From: Daphnia carinata
Taxonomy: Eukaryota
Assembly (NCBI RefSeq): GCF_022539665.2
Contig: NC_081331.1
Span: 14,012,001-14,076,000, forward strand
Direction: 5' to 3'
Length of the DNA: 64,000 bases
The notes under the pieces were generated by a model. That model was given only the letters and a program-made list of their open reading frames with translations. It ran no database searches and was not told where the DNA came from. The translations under genes were made by a program, and so were the position numbers. Position 1 is the stretch's first letter, and the number at the start of each line of letters is the position of its first letter. Positions 24,096 through 38,194 of the stretch are shown piece by piece.

Positions 24096-26539
24096 TTAAT
24101 AGGCTGGCTGAACCCATCCAGTAGGAACTGCGTTTTCGCCCGTCTTCTCACTTGCCGAAAGGTGCGCAATCACGTGATGAATAGGAAACGAAGGTGGTGT
24201 AGGGATGTGGTCCCCAGTTGGCTGGAAGCCATTCTCATCAGCTACCCAACTGACTGAAATTTTCACGCCATCCGGAGCGGTGTAGGAATATGATCCCTTT
24301 GCAACAGAGCCCCTACCTTCCGGATCAGCTCCGATTTCCTTTTGGTGCCCACTGGCTTCCACTTTGATCCCATTTTCCGTTTCGTAACTGAATAACGCGG
24401 TTAAAGTATTAATAATAACCATTAAACAATGCACGCAATGTCCTTACTTGTAGGAAAAGCTTCCGTCTTCGTTGAGTACATTCTCGGACCTCAGGATGGC
24501 AACAGGGACCTTGTCGCTGATTGCAGAATGATGCCGGCCTAAAACATTCCCACCATTTGATGAGCTCCATCGATTAGCAGCTGCTTGAAAATGATTCAAA
24601 TCCTCGACGGTCACAGTTTGATGTGATGTTTGATAATGATTGTTGGATCCGGTGGTTGATTGCTGGCTAGATGGAAAGCCACCTTCATGCGGAGTTGTAC
24701 GCGGTTGTTGAAAACCATAAGACGATTGCGGATGATTGGCTGGATGTGTTGGTTGTTGGTAGCTGCCTCCCAGGGTAGAGGATAGGGTATTAGAAGAGGT
24801 CGATTGAAAAGGTTCAGCGGAGTAGTAACCCCATTGTTGTTGTAACGCGAAATGGTCTGTGTTGTCCAACCGAACTGCTGGAACACCGTAACTTCCAACA
24901 GATTGTTGTGACGCTAGAATCGGCTGAGCTTCTTCTACACCAAGTTGCGCAACACCGTAAGCTGAGCTAGCCAATTCCAATGGAGGTTCGGGCAAAACCA
25001 ACGATGGATATGGTCCCAAAACGTACTTAGGAATTACAGAATCATCGAAGGGAGGCACTGGAGCTGCGTGAGATGTTGAAGGCTCTTCGACGGGCCGTTG
25101 TTGAGCATCTTGTAGCGAATAACTGGGCTCGGATATTATTGCCTCATTTGTTTGTGCGACTTGCGGTGCAATCTCCTCGATTGATTGCAAGTTAGTGGAC
25201 GTTGTGTAAGCAGATTGTAGGGGGACTTCGGGAATCAATTGTTGATCGTTTGCCTTGTAGATAGCCTCTTGACTTTCTCCAGCAAAGCTGCCATCGCTCA
25301 TTACAGTGGCACTGTCAGTTGTTGGGTTAACCGATTGTGAGACATACTCGTCATTAGATTCCGAATTAACAGATTGCGCAGCGTGAACTGCATTTACTTC
25401 AGTCGGTACTACAGGAAGTTGATGAACTGCATCCATTTGAATTGGGAGGCTTTTATCTTCCAGGGCCAAATGGGGTACGTCTTCCTGATAGCTGTTGGTT
25501 ACGGATGTTGAAGGCAAGTTGTCGGATAAAGTAAGTGGAACGTGAGCTGAAGGATTCTGATAACTAGGAGCGTCTGGTGTTGGCAACATGCTAGGATTTG
25601 TTGGTACGGTTTCAGTCACAGGTCGAAACGTTTGGGTCGGATAATCGTTGGCTACATTTGGATGCATTTCCGAAAGGATTGCTGGAACGTCTGGGGTTTG
25701 GTCCTTTGTTTTTACCTTTACTTCCTGGATGGGTTTTCTCGTAATCAAGACAGCAGTTTGTAACGGCATGTCGAGTGCACCTTCATTGGACACTTGTTTT
25801 TCATTTTTCATGGAGGATACATGCCCAGTCGGTTGTTTTGCCCGTTGTTCTTGATAACCTCCGGCAGCCGCTGAAGACCCAGTTGGGTAGGGTGGGTATC
25901 TGGCTGTCTTAGTATTACCAACGCCATATGAAGGGATCCATCGCTGTGGTGGCACAGTTGTAATCAAACTGCTTGTACTCGGTCCATTTGATGCCTTTGC
26001 TGGAACGGGTTTTAGCGCTGGGTTGTATGCTGGACTATATACCGGGACACGGCTTTCTGTTGCTGGACCGGCCGGATAGGACGTAGCGGCTGCAGGTTTT
26101 TCATGTTGTTTCGATGGCATTGATTTGATCATGGAACTGATTTTAGGTGCAAAAGGAAGTTTGGCGTTGATGGTTCCTTGAGTTCCATGCTGGGCTTGTG
26201 GGACGCTCGTCGGGACTGGAACGTACGACGGCTTCGGAAAATAAGATCTGGCACCTGGTGTTTGATGAGTTGGTTGTCTTGGCGTGTATTGACGACGTGT
26301 TCCAGCCACGGGATGTGCGTTGACACCGCTGGAAACCCAGGATTGATGTCCACCGGTATTCAAATGAGGATGTGAAGCCATAGGGTAATGCACGACGGCT
26401 GGCCTAACTGGTTTTTGAAATGTGTAACCATCGGATGTCACGATCAACCACGTTGCAATAACCACCTGAATTCATTTAATCAATTAAATAACTGCGATTG
26501 CATAAAATGAAATGAAACATCACCTACCAGCAAGTACAT
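24096..26539 (-). CDS. Large cuticular protein (773 aa): signal peptide, ~650 aa P/S/T/Q-rich region, C-terminal RR-1 domain
   Basis: Exons 26539-26528 (MYLL), 26465-24448 and 24387-24096 total 2322 nt. DGSFSY-N-YETENG...GSYSYTAPDG...VSWVADENGFQPTGDHIP. TATA box near 26625-26630 on the - strand. Confidence 0.9.
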
Positions 26540-27205
26540 GGCTAAATCAAAAGGGAGGATTATACTTCCAGTCGGTTGGAACAAGTGACGTGTTCTGACT
26601 TTGTTTCGACGCGGCTGCCTCCTTTTTATACGTTGATGACATGTTTTGTGCGACAGGGAAGTCGGTGTACAGGTCACTCCTACTGCAAGTGTTCGTTTTC
26701 TAAACCGCAACAGATTGTCGCATTGTCAGTGCTCATTCAAAGAAATTGAGATGTGATGGATCCCAGATTGAGATGCTTTTCTGTTGTTTCCCTAATTGGC
26801 AAAAAACTTTCCCCACTGTGTCGAGAAAAGCTCCTACCTGAGCTCTTCTTTTTTAGTGCAGGTGTGTTTCCATATCCGCAGGACTTTCACGCGGCGGGCC
26901 TTAATTAGGCGACGAAACACACCTCATAACTCTCGATTTCTTACTAAAAGTATTACACGTGTAACAGCAACTCAATTTAAAGAGTCATTTCTAGTTATGG
27001 GGCTATAAAATTAACGCAAGACCTGAACTGAAAAAAAATCAGACAGCTATGTCTATAGAAAAGCAGTTGGATTCTTTATTGATTCCAACGTTATATGGTA
27101 CATGTTGTGTACAATTGTTTTTCGAAATCTAAGGGTTTGGCAGGCTTTTGAAATTGTCGATGGCAGCAGTTGTCCTAACGATGGATGTCCATTAATAAAT
27201 GAAGT

Positions 27206-27788
27206 TTAAAGACGGCCAGCAGCTCTCAGGTCGGCCAGCATCTTCACAACGTGTTCGGGCATCGGTGGGGCAACGGGCAAATGATCACCTTTAGCCTGGA
27301 AGCCGTTCTCATCGGCCGTCCAGTTAACGGTGAGCACAACACCTTCGGGAGTGACGTAAGAATAAGATCCACGAGAAACGGCTCCAACGTCCTCGGGTTT
27401 CGGTCCGAGTCTCTTCTGGAACCCGCTGGCTTCTACCTGAATTCCATCCTCACTGGCAAAGCTGAAAGTAGGTAGACAATGTAGCTCAATAAATCATGAC
27501 GGTAGGCTGTTTAAAAACACTTACCTGTGCCTCCAGCTTCCGTCCTCTTTAAGATCGTTGTTCGATCTTAGAATGGCGACGGGCTTAACTTCAGCATCGG
27601 CTTTGGTACCGCGAGTAACAACAGTAAAAGGCCAAGGATTTTGCAAGACGTTGGCGGAAGCCGCAGCGAAGAGAGCAACAACAATCAACTGCAGCAAAAC
27701 AACACACGAGATTCGAATTTCGTTTTGCAAATTTGCAACACGCAAGATGTTTTAGACGGTGGACAAAAAATAGGCTTACCAATTTCAT
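27206..27788 (-). CDS. RR-1 cuticular protein
   Basis: MKL|LIVVALFAAASA...EDGSWRHS|FASEDGIQVEASGFQKRLGPKPEDVGAVSRGSYSYVTPEG...VNWTADENGFQ...LRAAGRL*. Exon 3 is absent from the ORF track. Confidence 0.92.
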
Positions 27789-28795
27789 GATGGATGTTTT
27801 TGGGGGGGGTTTGTTTGTAGAGCTGGATGTTTGCTGGAATGAAGCAGAAGATTGTCTGACTTTTGGTGGATCCTCCGTGGTGTTTTTATACTGGATTTTA
27901 TCAGTGAACGCGATCAGAAAGAGGATTTTTGTAGCTCTTTTCGAAGAGAGTCAACTATGTCCACACTTGGCAATTTAAAGACATCCAAAATAAAAACAGA
28001 GCTCACGGAAGGGGAACGAACACTTAACACATATACGGGTTTAAAAGTGTGTGCGAAAAAGAGAGAGGGTTGATGCTGTGCAAGAAGCATTACTTTCACT
28101 AAAAATCACTTAAAACGGTTGACACAAGGCTATTTTCTTCCATATCTGATTCTACACGTGTGCTTCTTCCAGTCCTATACCGACTGCTAGGCTTCTTCGG
28201 TATACGATCGCTATCGACCGTAGGTCATTCGTCAAACGTCAATCATGTCGTCATAGATGTCCTGCAGAAGTTTAAAAACACCGGCTTGATGGATATCCGC
28301 ATAAAATTGACAGTAAAAGAACCTGGATGATACATTTATCTCGTTCGCAAAAATTTCCGAGAAAGAAGTTTGTCAGACTTTCTCTTTGTTTGGCGTTCGT
28401 GCGTGATGACGTGATGCTAGTGACATACTCTTGGTGATGTACCACGATGTATTCTTTGTGTATCGATTCCAATTTCGTTGAAATGGGCGTTCGGTTTTAG
28501 CGAAAAGGTGTACTGTACATCAGACAACCATCAAAGGGATTGCGTTGATCCTACTGAGTATGTTTCCAGATCTTCAGGATTGAATAGCTGGGCTCTATCA
28601 GCGCACATTAAATTCATTTTTAGAATGGCATTTTCAATCATAAACATAAAACCGTGTATTACGTTAGCAATTCGAAACAATGTAGACTACATGTGAGCGT
28701 TATGATACAAATAGACAATCAAGAGGCAAGCCGAGGCAGTTCCAGAAACTTGGCAAAACCCGTGGATATTCAATCAACGGAAGAGTTTCGTGTAT

Positions 28796-29649
28796 CTACA
28801 AGGCAGTTGCAGCTGATTCTACTGGAGCAGACGCAACAGGAGTATCTTCAGCTGGAACAGAATCATCCAGAGAGTTTTGAACTGGAACAGTTTCGGCCGG
28901 ACTGCTTATAGCTGGAGCAGCTTCTACTGGGGCAGCTTCAGCTGGAACAGCTGCATCAGCAGAAGGTTCAGCCGGAGCAGCATCAACCATAGAATCTTGA
29001 GCTGGAGAACTTGCAGCTGGAACAGGATCTTGGGAAGCTTCCACCAGATTTCCCTCGGCAACAACAACAGCACTGACAGGCTTCTCAGTGGCAATGGAAA
29101 TGGCGTCCACAGCAGCCTCCATGTCTGCCAGCATCTTCACGACGTGTTCGGGAGTAGGTGGAGGAGTAGGCAAGTGATCACCGGTGGCCTGGAATCCGTT
29201 CTCATTAGCGATCCACGTAACGGTAATGACAGCTCCTTCCGGATTAGTAAACGAGAAAGAGCCACTAGACACCGTGCCACTACCTGTACCGATTTGCTTC
29301 TGATTGCCACTCTCATTGACGACGATGCCGTGTCCAGTCTCGAAGCTACACAATTTCATACGTTAAATCTGATATCATACAATTTACCATTAGTGACAAA
29401 AGTTGGTTTACTTGTTGACGAATGCTCCGTTCTCTACAGACAGTTCTTGTTTCAAAATGGGGATCGGGGTAGTTGTGATGGGTTCGATCGATGGCGCATC
29501 GGCAGCAGTGGGATCAGAACTCGAACCCAATGGCGAAGCGCAAACGGCCGCAATAAGAGCAGTGAAAACAAGTGTCTATGCGAATGAATATGAACATCAT
29601 TAGTTTTGAATTGTTTTCTTAACTAATCGGCATTACGTACGTATTTCAT
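28796..29649 (-). CDS. RR-1 cuticular protein with acidic Ala/Pro-rich C-terminal tail
   Basis: MKY|TLVFTALIAAVCA..., FETGHG...GSFSFTNPEG...TWIANENGFQ, then a tail with AAPAEP/AAPVEAAPA repeats. Confidence 0.92.
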
Positions 29650-32600
29650 TTTGATGTTGGGAACGTGGCAAAGTGCTGCGATTGAATGTGTCTATCCAAC
29701 TGCCATTCGTTGTCTTATATACTACAAGTGAATTTCGAAATTTTTCGACGACGTGTTGGCGGTCGTGACCCATTTCCTGTTCAGGTTCGCACAAAATGTC
29801 AATCCAAGTAAGGTGCTCACTATGAACTAGAACATGTTGTGCAGGCGACGAAAAACAAGGAGGTTTTTTTTCGATTAGTCGCTATACTAAATCGAAGCAC
29901 AAAGGCCAAATGAGAAGCTCTATAAGGAAAATATGAACGAGATTATTTCCTCTTACGGATGTCCGAAAGCCAATTCAAACGAAATTCGGCTGGTTTTTTT
30001 TTCCAGCCATCACTGGCTAACAGGAAATCGCCTTACACAGTAACTTTGACCTTATGCAATCTAAAAAAGGAAACTAGTCTGACCTCAATTTCAAAGTCAA
30101 AGCTTGTGTGTTTCAGATTTCCAGAAGAGGACACGGCCCTTACGCTGAATTGAATTTTTCTTTTTGGAAAAAAGTGCTGCGTAAAAAGGGGCGTAATGAC
30201 GTTGTCATGGCCGTTGTTATTTAGCAGCGAGATAATAACTACTCACTGTTCATAGCAATCGACAGCTGATACATCAAATGCCCTGCTGATTTTAGAGGGG
30301 TGTATAAAAAACAATCACCCGGCAGGCATCCGCGTGATTGATAGCTTAAACCCCCCCAACACTGTTGTATGCTATTAAAAACTTTCTTTTTCATTTCGCA
30401 TGCGCATGACGCACATGAAACGTAACATTTGTCATCGCCATGTCCCACGCGGTTCATCATTAACAAAAAACCCCGTGATTTTCAAGCCAATTTCTTTCGT
30501 TTTTTCGTACATTGCATCATGCAAAGTCTTATGACTGTTGAGGCTTTAAATCAAGGGTGGTAGACAACTCCCCCCACTTCAAATTCCCAAACCTAGTTTA
30601 GACTCGAAATACATTGAAATCAATTAGCTTTAGTGTGTATGTGTATATCTGTTCCAGCCATGCGGTGGGCGTATAATAGCTTCGCAATTACCATACGAGC
30701 AGGGACGGCTGGAATTGGCAAATGAGATCACGAATTTATTGCACTACATAGCTAAGGTGCCATAACTGTTGTTTACGCAATGTCAATACAGGAAATGTGA
30801 CAGTCAACGATAAGCATATTACCATAAACATGGAAATAAGGGCATGCAATTGCACATAGTGGGGAAGGACCGGTACAGCTGCGCATTTTTTTTTTTTCCC
30901 GCAGCAAGGCCGCGTTATTTTGCACATTTGCAAGTTGCTATTTGTTACGTATTTTTAAGTGAAGGTAACAAAAATAGAATTGCGCTTGAGTGGGGATTGT
31001 TTTCCTGTGTGGTTAATACTCGTGAATTCCAAGAAGGAAGTATACGAAACGAAGGCTAACAGCAGAAAAAACTAGCGTTCCAAAATCCTTTCACGAAACA
31101 AAAGTCATCGAGTTCATTTATGTTTTTCGAAAAACTGAGACTATTTAAAGCTAAATTATGCTGGTAGATTGGGTAGTATTTCCAAATTGAGAGCCGAACG
31201 TAAGAAGGTCGACTGTTGTTGCGGCAGGGCACTCACGCACACACAACAGAGGGAAGCGGAAGATGGCAATTGGAAAGTCTGTTGCAAATCATTATTCTTC
31301 TGATTTGTCATTGACTCTAATATGAGCCTCCTCTCCAAGCCCAGGAAGCTAACGGAACATAATTATCCTGAGATGTATAATTGCTGGATTTCTCTCTTTG
31401 CCGAGTTTCTCCAACCCGAAACAGGTAACACGAAATGGAGCTTCTATTTGCGTATTATTATGGCGCAAATAGATAATCGTATACGTCTTGAAACTTTTTC
31501 TATCGGTGGATTCATATTTAGCATATTGAAAAAATGGGAGAGAAAGCATTTTGGAACAATCATACATGTCCTCTTTCCGTATGCTTATAGGATGCACTGC
31601 TGTAACTTATTGTTCGTAGGTTCAACTAAGGTGGTATACCTGCACATAAACTGTTGCCAACGTGCGCAACCTGTTTGCCTTGTGCGCTATGCAAGTTTCT
31701 AGGAATTCCAGGTATTGCATTGTGGGTAGCTCTGTTAGCGTTAGCTAAATTTGATTTTCTTAAAATAACATTTTCTTATTTCGTAGAAACGACAACAAGT
31801 GAAAGTAAGTCGATATAAAATCAACGTCCCTTTGTTTTTAATTGAAGTAGAAAAGTATGACGGCAATGTTTTTGTAAGGCAATTCTGTATGATTTGCCGT
31901 TTCTGTATAATCAAAACTACAATAAAAAAAATATATATTTGTTTGTGCATTTCGCTGTGGTTCCAATGGCAGCTCGATCGCTATACATGCTCGTTTGTTT
32001 CTATACGCAATCATCGTTTCTAGAACGGTGAAAATAATCCAGGTGAAGGTCGCGTTGCAAACCGCCGATACCGGCAACATTCAGCCATGAAACCAAACCA
32101 GTCATTCTCAAATCATAATCAGTGGGCGAACCCTTTCGACTACCTTGTGAACACGTTACCGAGAGCAAGCTCGATCAATTTTTTGTTGTTGTTGTTCATC
32201 ATCAAATCCAACGCCGAAATGTATAACCATCAATCTCTAAATCAACGTAACATGTAGTCTTTAAATCCCACGGTGGTGTGCCGCTATGTACAGCAACACC
32301 ATGTTCCTTTTGCCATTGAATATTAACGAGTGTGTGGGTTTCATTGGAGCGAATGTGATAGTCCGTCAATGTATTCAGTCAAGGTCTAAGCCGCTCGCCT
32401 ATATACGTCGTTACACAGCCTATTTACCATAAAAGAATAGCCTCCAAAAAAATCAAGTTTCTATCTAACAACTCAAATCTTTGTGCGACCTGCTTTGTTA
32501 TGCACATGTAGGTGGGTTATCACTTGATGGAGCTTCCGGTGGCGTGCGGATAGTTGACAGAGGAGCCTCGTCATTGGGCGTAAACGTTGGCATACATTTC

Positions 32601-35600
32601 CACGAGTCATGCGGGATTGGCCGCTGCCGAAATTTGAAGTAGTGCGAATACCTGTACAAGCACCTGTTGATTAGCCGTCAGATATCATCATAAGGAATAT
32701 GATTCGACACAAAAAAAAAAAATGAAATCCACATGAGGCGTATTGCGATTATTAGGACTATCAGGTTTGCAATGAATCAGCTGTTATTTTTTTGACAATA
32801 ACGATTTCTGCGGGTCGATTTTCTCATCGTAAAAACCAATTGGCGTAACCGAATGCCAATTCTGTCGCCACACACACACACACAGACGTGTGCTGCGTGT
32901 AAAGGTTGACAACTATAAAAGAGTGTTTAATTGGAAACGACACTTTTAACAGGGCCGCCGTTTCTTCAATTCACCACCACGATTTGTAGAATCAGTTGGT
33001 AGGAGAAAATCAAGACATTTGTTCAATCCACCTGTCTCATTGCTGTGGGAAAGACGTCGCGCGTTATCCAGTCAGTGCTGGCTGTTTCCATTTATTTCTT
33101 TTTCGAAAGCCCTCGAATGAATTGTACGCATCGAGAATATCGGATGTGCCGTAACCTAATTGGGCATGGCCGCATCCATGTTTTGTTTTTTTATATATGT
33201 CTGAGCTTGTTAGAAAATGAAATACACTTTCATTTTTATTCCGTTACACCAATTTGGATAGCGAGAGTCGCCCATAGCGAACGAAGAATCAACGATCGTG
33301 ACGGCCCGTTAAAAGAAAGAGAAAATGAAGACACGTAGATGGTAAAACATTTCATCCATCATGATAACAAGTTCTTGACAATAGAATATATATTTTTTTT
33401 TTTTTAATAAATTCTTTAAGCTTTAAGAAACGACCTGCTGTTTTGCAAAATATTTGGGGCATTTGCTTCTCATTTTGCGCCGACATTAACATGAATGAAA
33501 CGTCATTTCCCTTCGCGGTGCTGTGCACAACTTCCCGTTCGGCTTTTTTTTTTTTTTTAATGAGCCGTTGGAAAGAAAGGAAAGTTCATGATGATTAGAA
33601 TTCGCGAATTTTTGTTTGCGTGGCCGTTCGTCACCGAAACGAACATGCATCGCATTCCCAATTGAGATTTCCATGCGAATCGGGTCGCTTTCGTTTGTTG
33701 TCCTTTTTTTTTTTAAATCCCTCCGATCGTGCGAAACGCGATTCGCAACAAGTGTTTGCTGTTGGGAAAAAAAAAAATCTCGCGATTGTTATGGCAGTGT
33801 TAATCAACTAAGCGTAAACCATATATATGTGTAAGGTGTATAATACTCTTTCACGCAATGATGTGATAAACCGAATCTCACCGGTGGTGACGATTGACCG
33901 TGGGAAGTAAACGAGTCCCACCTATGAGTATAGGCTTACGTCTCGCATGATCTCATATACATCCCGACTATATTCCACTTAACGTTATATTTTTGCATGC
34001 GTTTTTTTCTTCGGGGCGGATGTCTAGACATATAACTATAAACAAACTAGGAGAAAACAAATTATAATGTGCCGGCCGATTGGCTTATTGTTTATCGACA
34101 TTTGATGCTGGACTTTTATAGAAGCGATCAAACGTTCTGATGTGTATCGGCATTTTGTAAAGGAATGACGTCATATCTTTGATGAGAGAAACCCAATTTC
34201 GAGGACATCTTTTTAGTTTCTATTTTTTTTTTTTTTAAATAGGATGTTTCTTGAAGGTACTTTTATTCCTTTTGGGGAGTGTACGCTGTTGAGGTATCAG
34301 CAAAAGTGCATCGATGCAAATCATTCGGTATACATCTTTTGCCGTTAACGTTGGTCGGCAGCGATACTCGAATTGTTGTCTGTTTGAAAAAAAAGGAAAC
34401 AATAGCTATTGTGTAGGCAGCCATATACAAGAGGAGATACGCAATCGGAGCTGATTAACCACCGAATTTTGCTTGAAAAAAGAAAGGGAAGAAAGAGAGA
34501 GTCCATTTCTGTGATTTGCCATGGAATGAACCCTTTTTGCATGCAAACTACTCGAGATAAGGCACGTCTTACTGGACGATCAAACAATTAATAGTTGGAC
34601 AATTTGCGAGGAAACAGCAATTTTTTTGCGACGTCTTAGGGCACCAAAGGGTTTGGCCAATAACCACTGGTCACGGAACGAATCCTTTCTCGTTCAAAGT
34701 CGAAACGTCGTTTGTATTTGATTGGCGCTTCTCATCGTCCTTGGTGTTGATTTCAAATCTGACGTGATTGTAAAAAAAAAAAAAACATGTCGTTATTAAG
34801 GGCAGTGGTGCATCACTCTCCCCGTAAGAGCATCCATGTATGCAAATGAGGTTTACTGCTTAAGTGATTTGGGAATGTAAGTTGGCGTGATTCCCTCACT
34901 GATTGAGCTGACGACGCCACTGTCAGCCTATTGATCATTTCAATCGTGGTAGGAGCGGCCCCAGACGGACGGCCACCAGACCGAGGAAGACACCCAGAAT
35001 GAAATTTTCAAAAATGAAAAAAAAAAATAAACGTGAATGTTTGAATTTTCTTGCCTAGTCACACGCAGACAGAAAACAACACACACACTTTCGGGATTTA
35101 CCACTTTCATTCTTCTTATGCACGAGTCAGTGATGTAAAAAAAAAAAAAAAAAGGAAAAGAGGCAAGTCAGTGAGTGGTTTTAATGGATGCAAGTCTCCG
35201 TTTCCTTCGTCTCGTCGTTGGGGTTTCGCCCTTTTTTTTTTTTTTGTCTACTAGAAAAAAAAATACATCGACGCTTTCATATTCTTTTTATCCCATCCTT
35301 TTTCTTTCCCCCTTTTACTTTCACGTCAAAGACTATGGCTGTCTGATTTGGGAGGTTATTGTGATGATACTTTAGAAGAAGAGTCCGGAGGCGAAAAAAT
35401 CATTAATACCTGGCCGAATAGTTTGTACCAGAATTTTCTTTTTTTTAGCTGTGAAGGCCTTTCGGAATGGATCTATGCCGACATGTGTTGGTAGCCTCAG
35501 AGAAAAGGGGCTATTTCGTTGAAATCGTAGCGTGATTGTTCCGGGATTTTCAAGCGACTCTTGCAAGACGCTTCTTTTTAAATGCGACGAGATTCACGTC

Positions 35601-36640
35601 GCACAAAGGGATGGACTCGTAAACGACCTTGATGGAACTGATGCGCTTTATCGAAAGTTAGAATCGTCTTCTGATATGTTTATGGGGAACCAGCCAGACC
35701 ACCAACAAGGAAATTTCGAATAGCTAAAATCCATGAAAAAGGAACAGTGAATTGTCACCAAATCGGCCAGGGTTGATGTCTTTATTTCCTAGTTTAAAAC
35801 ATGGCTATTATAATTCTTTCTTTTGGGAAAATAAAATTCGTTGTTATGGCGGACAAGACCGGCGACATGCGCTGATATCATCAGGGCTTCTGAATAAAAT
35901 AAAAACTATTATTTTTTTTGTTCCATCAACAATAGGTATGTCTTTTAGGCATGCATGCACGCAATAGGAATCTCTCTTTTGATGTCACCCGTGGCCTGAT
36001 TTTAGTTCATCAACATCTACCCATTTTGAATGTACTACATCACGTTAGGCAATCGACCAAGTCTCGTAAAAATCCATAGCATTTTCGCTTTTCATCTTAA
36101 ACTGCGGCCCAACTTTGTTTGATGCCCGTCTACCTGTAACTGAAGACGAAAGTTGTTTATGACTATGGACGTTGAGTTTTCTTCGCTCATCACTTTCGTT
36201 CCCAAAGGTAGGCAACATAAAAAGAAAACGTTCTGATTCTTAGAGAAAACTGTCGTTTGTATTGTTGTCTTTTCACAAAATAGAGAAAGAAATCTGGGAG
36301 AACAAAAAATAAAAGGGATGGACGAGTAAACAAATAAATGGCTAACATATTTTCCTCGACGTTTGTTTGCGGAATCGGATGTGATTGTCTCCAAATGTTC
36401 AGCATGTTCTAATGAAAAGGTAACATGTTCGAAAGGACCGATCCGTTTTCACGACGCCGTAAAGAGGGAAAAGCAAACCGAAAGGAAAGAAGGAAGTCTA
36501 TGTGCTCGTGTGCGTTGCGTGTGCCACCAGATCGGTTGATATTTACATCGTTTGGTTGTTTTTGTTGTACCATCGCAATCGTTCAAATGTCGCTCTTTCG
36601 TTCGGGTTATATCCAGGTCAGGTTGGTCGTACGAATTTGT

Positions 36641-37198
36641 TTACAGAAGACCGGCAGCCTTCAGATCGGCCAACATCTTCACGACGTGCTCGGGCATCGG
36701 GGGAGGAGTTGGCAAATGATCACCGGTGGCCTGGAAACCGTTCTCATCGGCTGTCCAGTTGACAGTGAGGACGACACCATCGGGAGAAGTGAACGAGTAA
36801 GATCCGCGTGATACGGTTCCGACATCCTCTGGTTTAGGTCCGACTTGCTTCTGGTTGCCACTTGCTTCCATCTTGGTGCCATCTTCGCCCTCGAAACTGA
36901 TTGTTTTCAAAAATCAATTCAAGTATTCCAATAGATCTCACTCAAATTCAGGTGATGTTTGTTGTATGCATACCTGTAAGCGTAGCTGCCATCAGCGTTG
37001 TTCTCACTGGCCGATCGGACGATGGCGATGGGCTTGACTTCGTCTAATTTAGCGGGAGCTGCGGTGCAGGCGACCAACAGACCACAGAAGACTCCGAGAA
37101 TGAACTAAAAACAAATGCGCATCAATTCAATAATCAAAAATACATGAAAAATCAAAAGTGAATGTTGCGGATTTTGGCACAAGGCTTACCACGTTCAT
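36641..37198 (-). CDS. RR-1 cuticular protein
   Basis: MNV|FILGVFCGLLVACTAAP...NADGSYAYS|FEGEDGTK...LKAAGLL*. TATA box near 37322-37329 on the - strand. Confidence 0.93.
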
Positions 37199-38161
37199 TT
37201 TGTTTAAGTTTGGTAATGTGGGATTTGAGTGAATAGAACAATCTGCACTGATGGTCAGTGTGTGTGTGTGTGTAGTAGGATGCGGTTGGCTACTGGTTCT
37301 CTTCATCGGACGAGTTCTTCCTTTTATATACACACGGACAGCTCTCTTACTCTACCTCTGATGGGAGAATATTTTTTTTTTTTTTTCCGTTTTAGTTCTT
37401 CTTCTTTATTTGGGGAGGAGGTGCATTTGAACCGGGTGTTTTCCTTCCCATCCTCCCCCCTCAGCCAACCGCCTCACCTGCTTTTATTTTCTATTTATTT
37501 TTGTCCTCTTCCTTCGTCTTGCCTTTCGGTCCTTTTTAAGTTGTTTGCCGTTGCCAAAGCCGACCCTCATCTCCTGTCTTTATCTCTTTCTATTTTTTGA
37601 TTTTTCTTTTCACGAAATTTTCATTTTGTAAAGAAAAAATAAATAAAATAAAAAGAGTTGGACATGCCAACCGTTCGTTGCAAGAAGGGGGTTTTACAAG
37701 ACATGATCGTCTTCAAGCTGTCGGGCGTGACCGCTCACGCAGGTTCAAAAAAATACAGAAGGAAATGGCGGAAAATTGCACAACGCAAGTGAAAGGGAAA
37801 AGAACGCGGGCAAAAAAAAAAAAGCATTTTGGGCGGCCGGACGTGCAAAGAAATTCAAATGATGACACAGTCCCAGTTCAGAAATCGAATTTTAATGGCT
37901 CTTGTTATACATTGAAAAGAAGAGAGATTGGCAGTTGGCATTTTTCAACTCCTTCTGCGACATTGGGCTTGTTTGAATCATAATAACAGCTTGCGTCCTA
38001 AAGCTTATGCGCTAGTTTGTTATTAGCGTGTGAGCAGCGATTAAGAGCCGATTGTTTGTAGAGGCTCAGGGTCACACGAAATACGGTGCGGCCTCTTCCT
38101 ACGTCACTGCGCGTACGAGACAAGCATCCACTTCAACACAAGGACGACATTTGAATTTTGA

Positions 38162-38194
38162 TTTTTTTTTTTTTTTTGGGGGGGGGGGGGGGGG
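38162..38194 (+). repeat. T16-G17 adjacent homopolymers
   Basis: Read directly. Other poly-G runs lie near 38702 and 43609. Confidence 0.9.

Noticed and set aside
28877..29587. 236-aa + strand ORF
   Set aside because: It is antisense to the low-complexity tail of the cuticle gene at 28796-29649.
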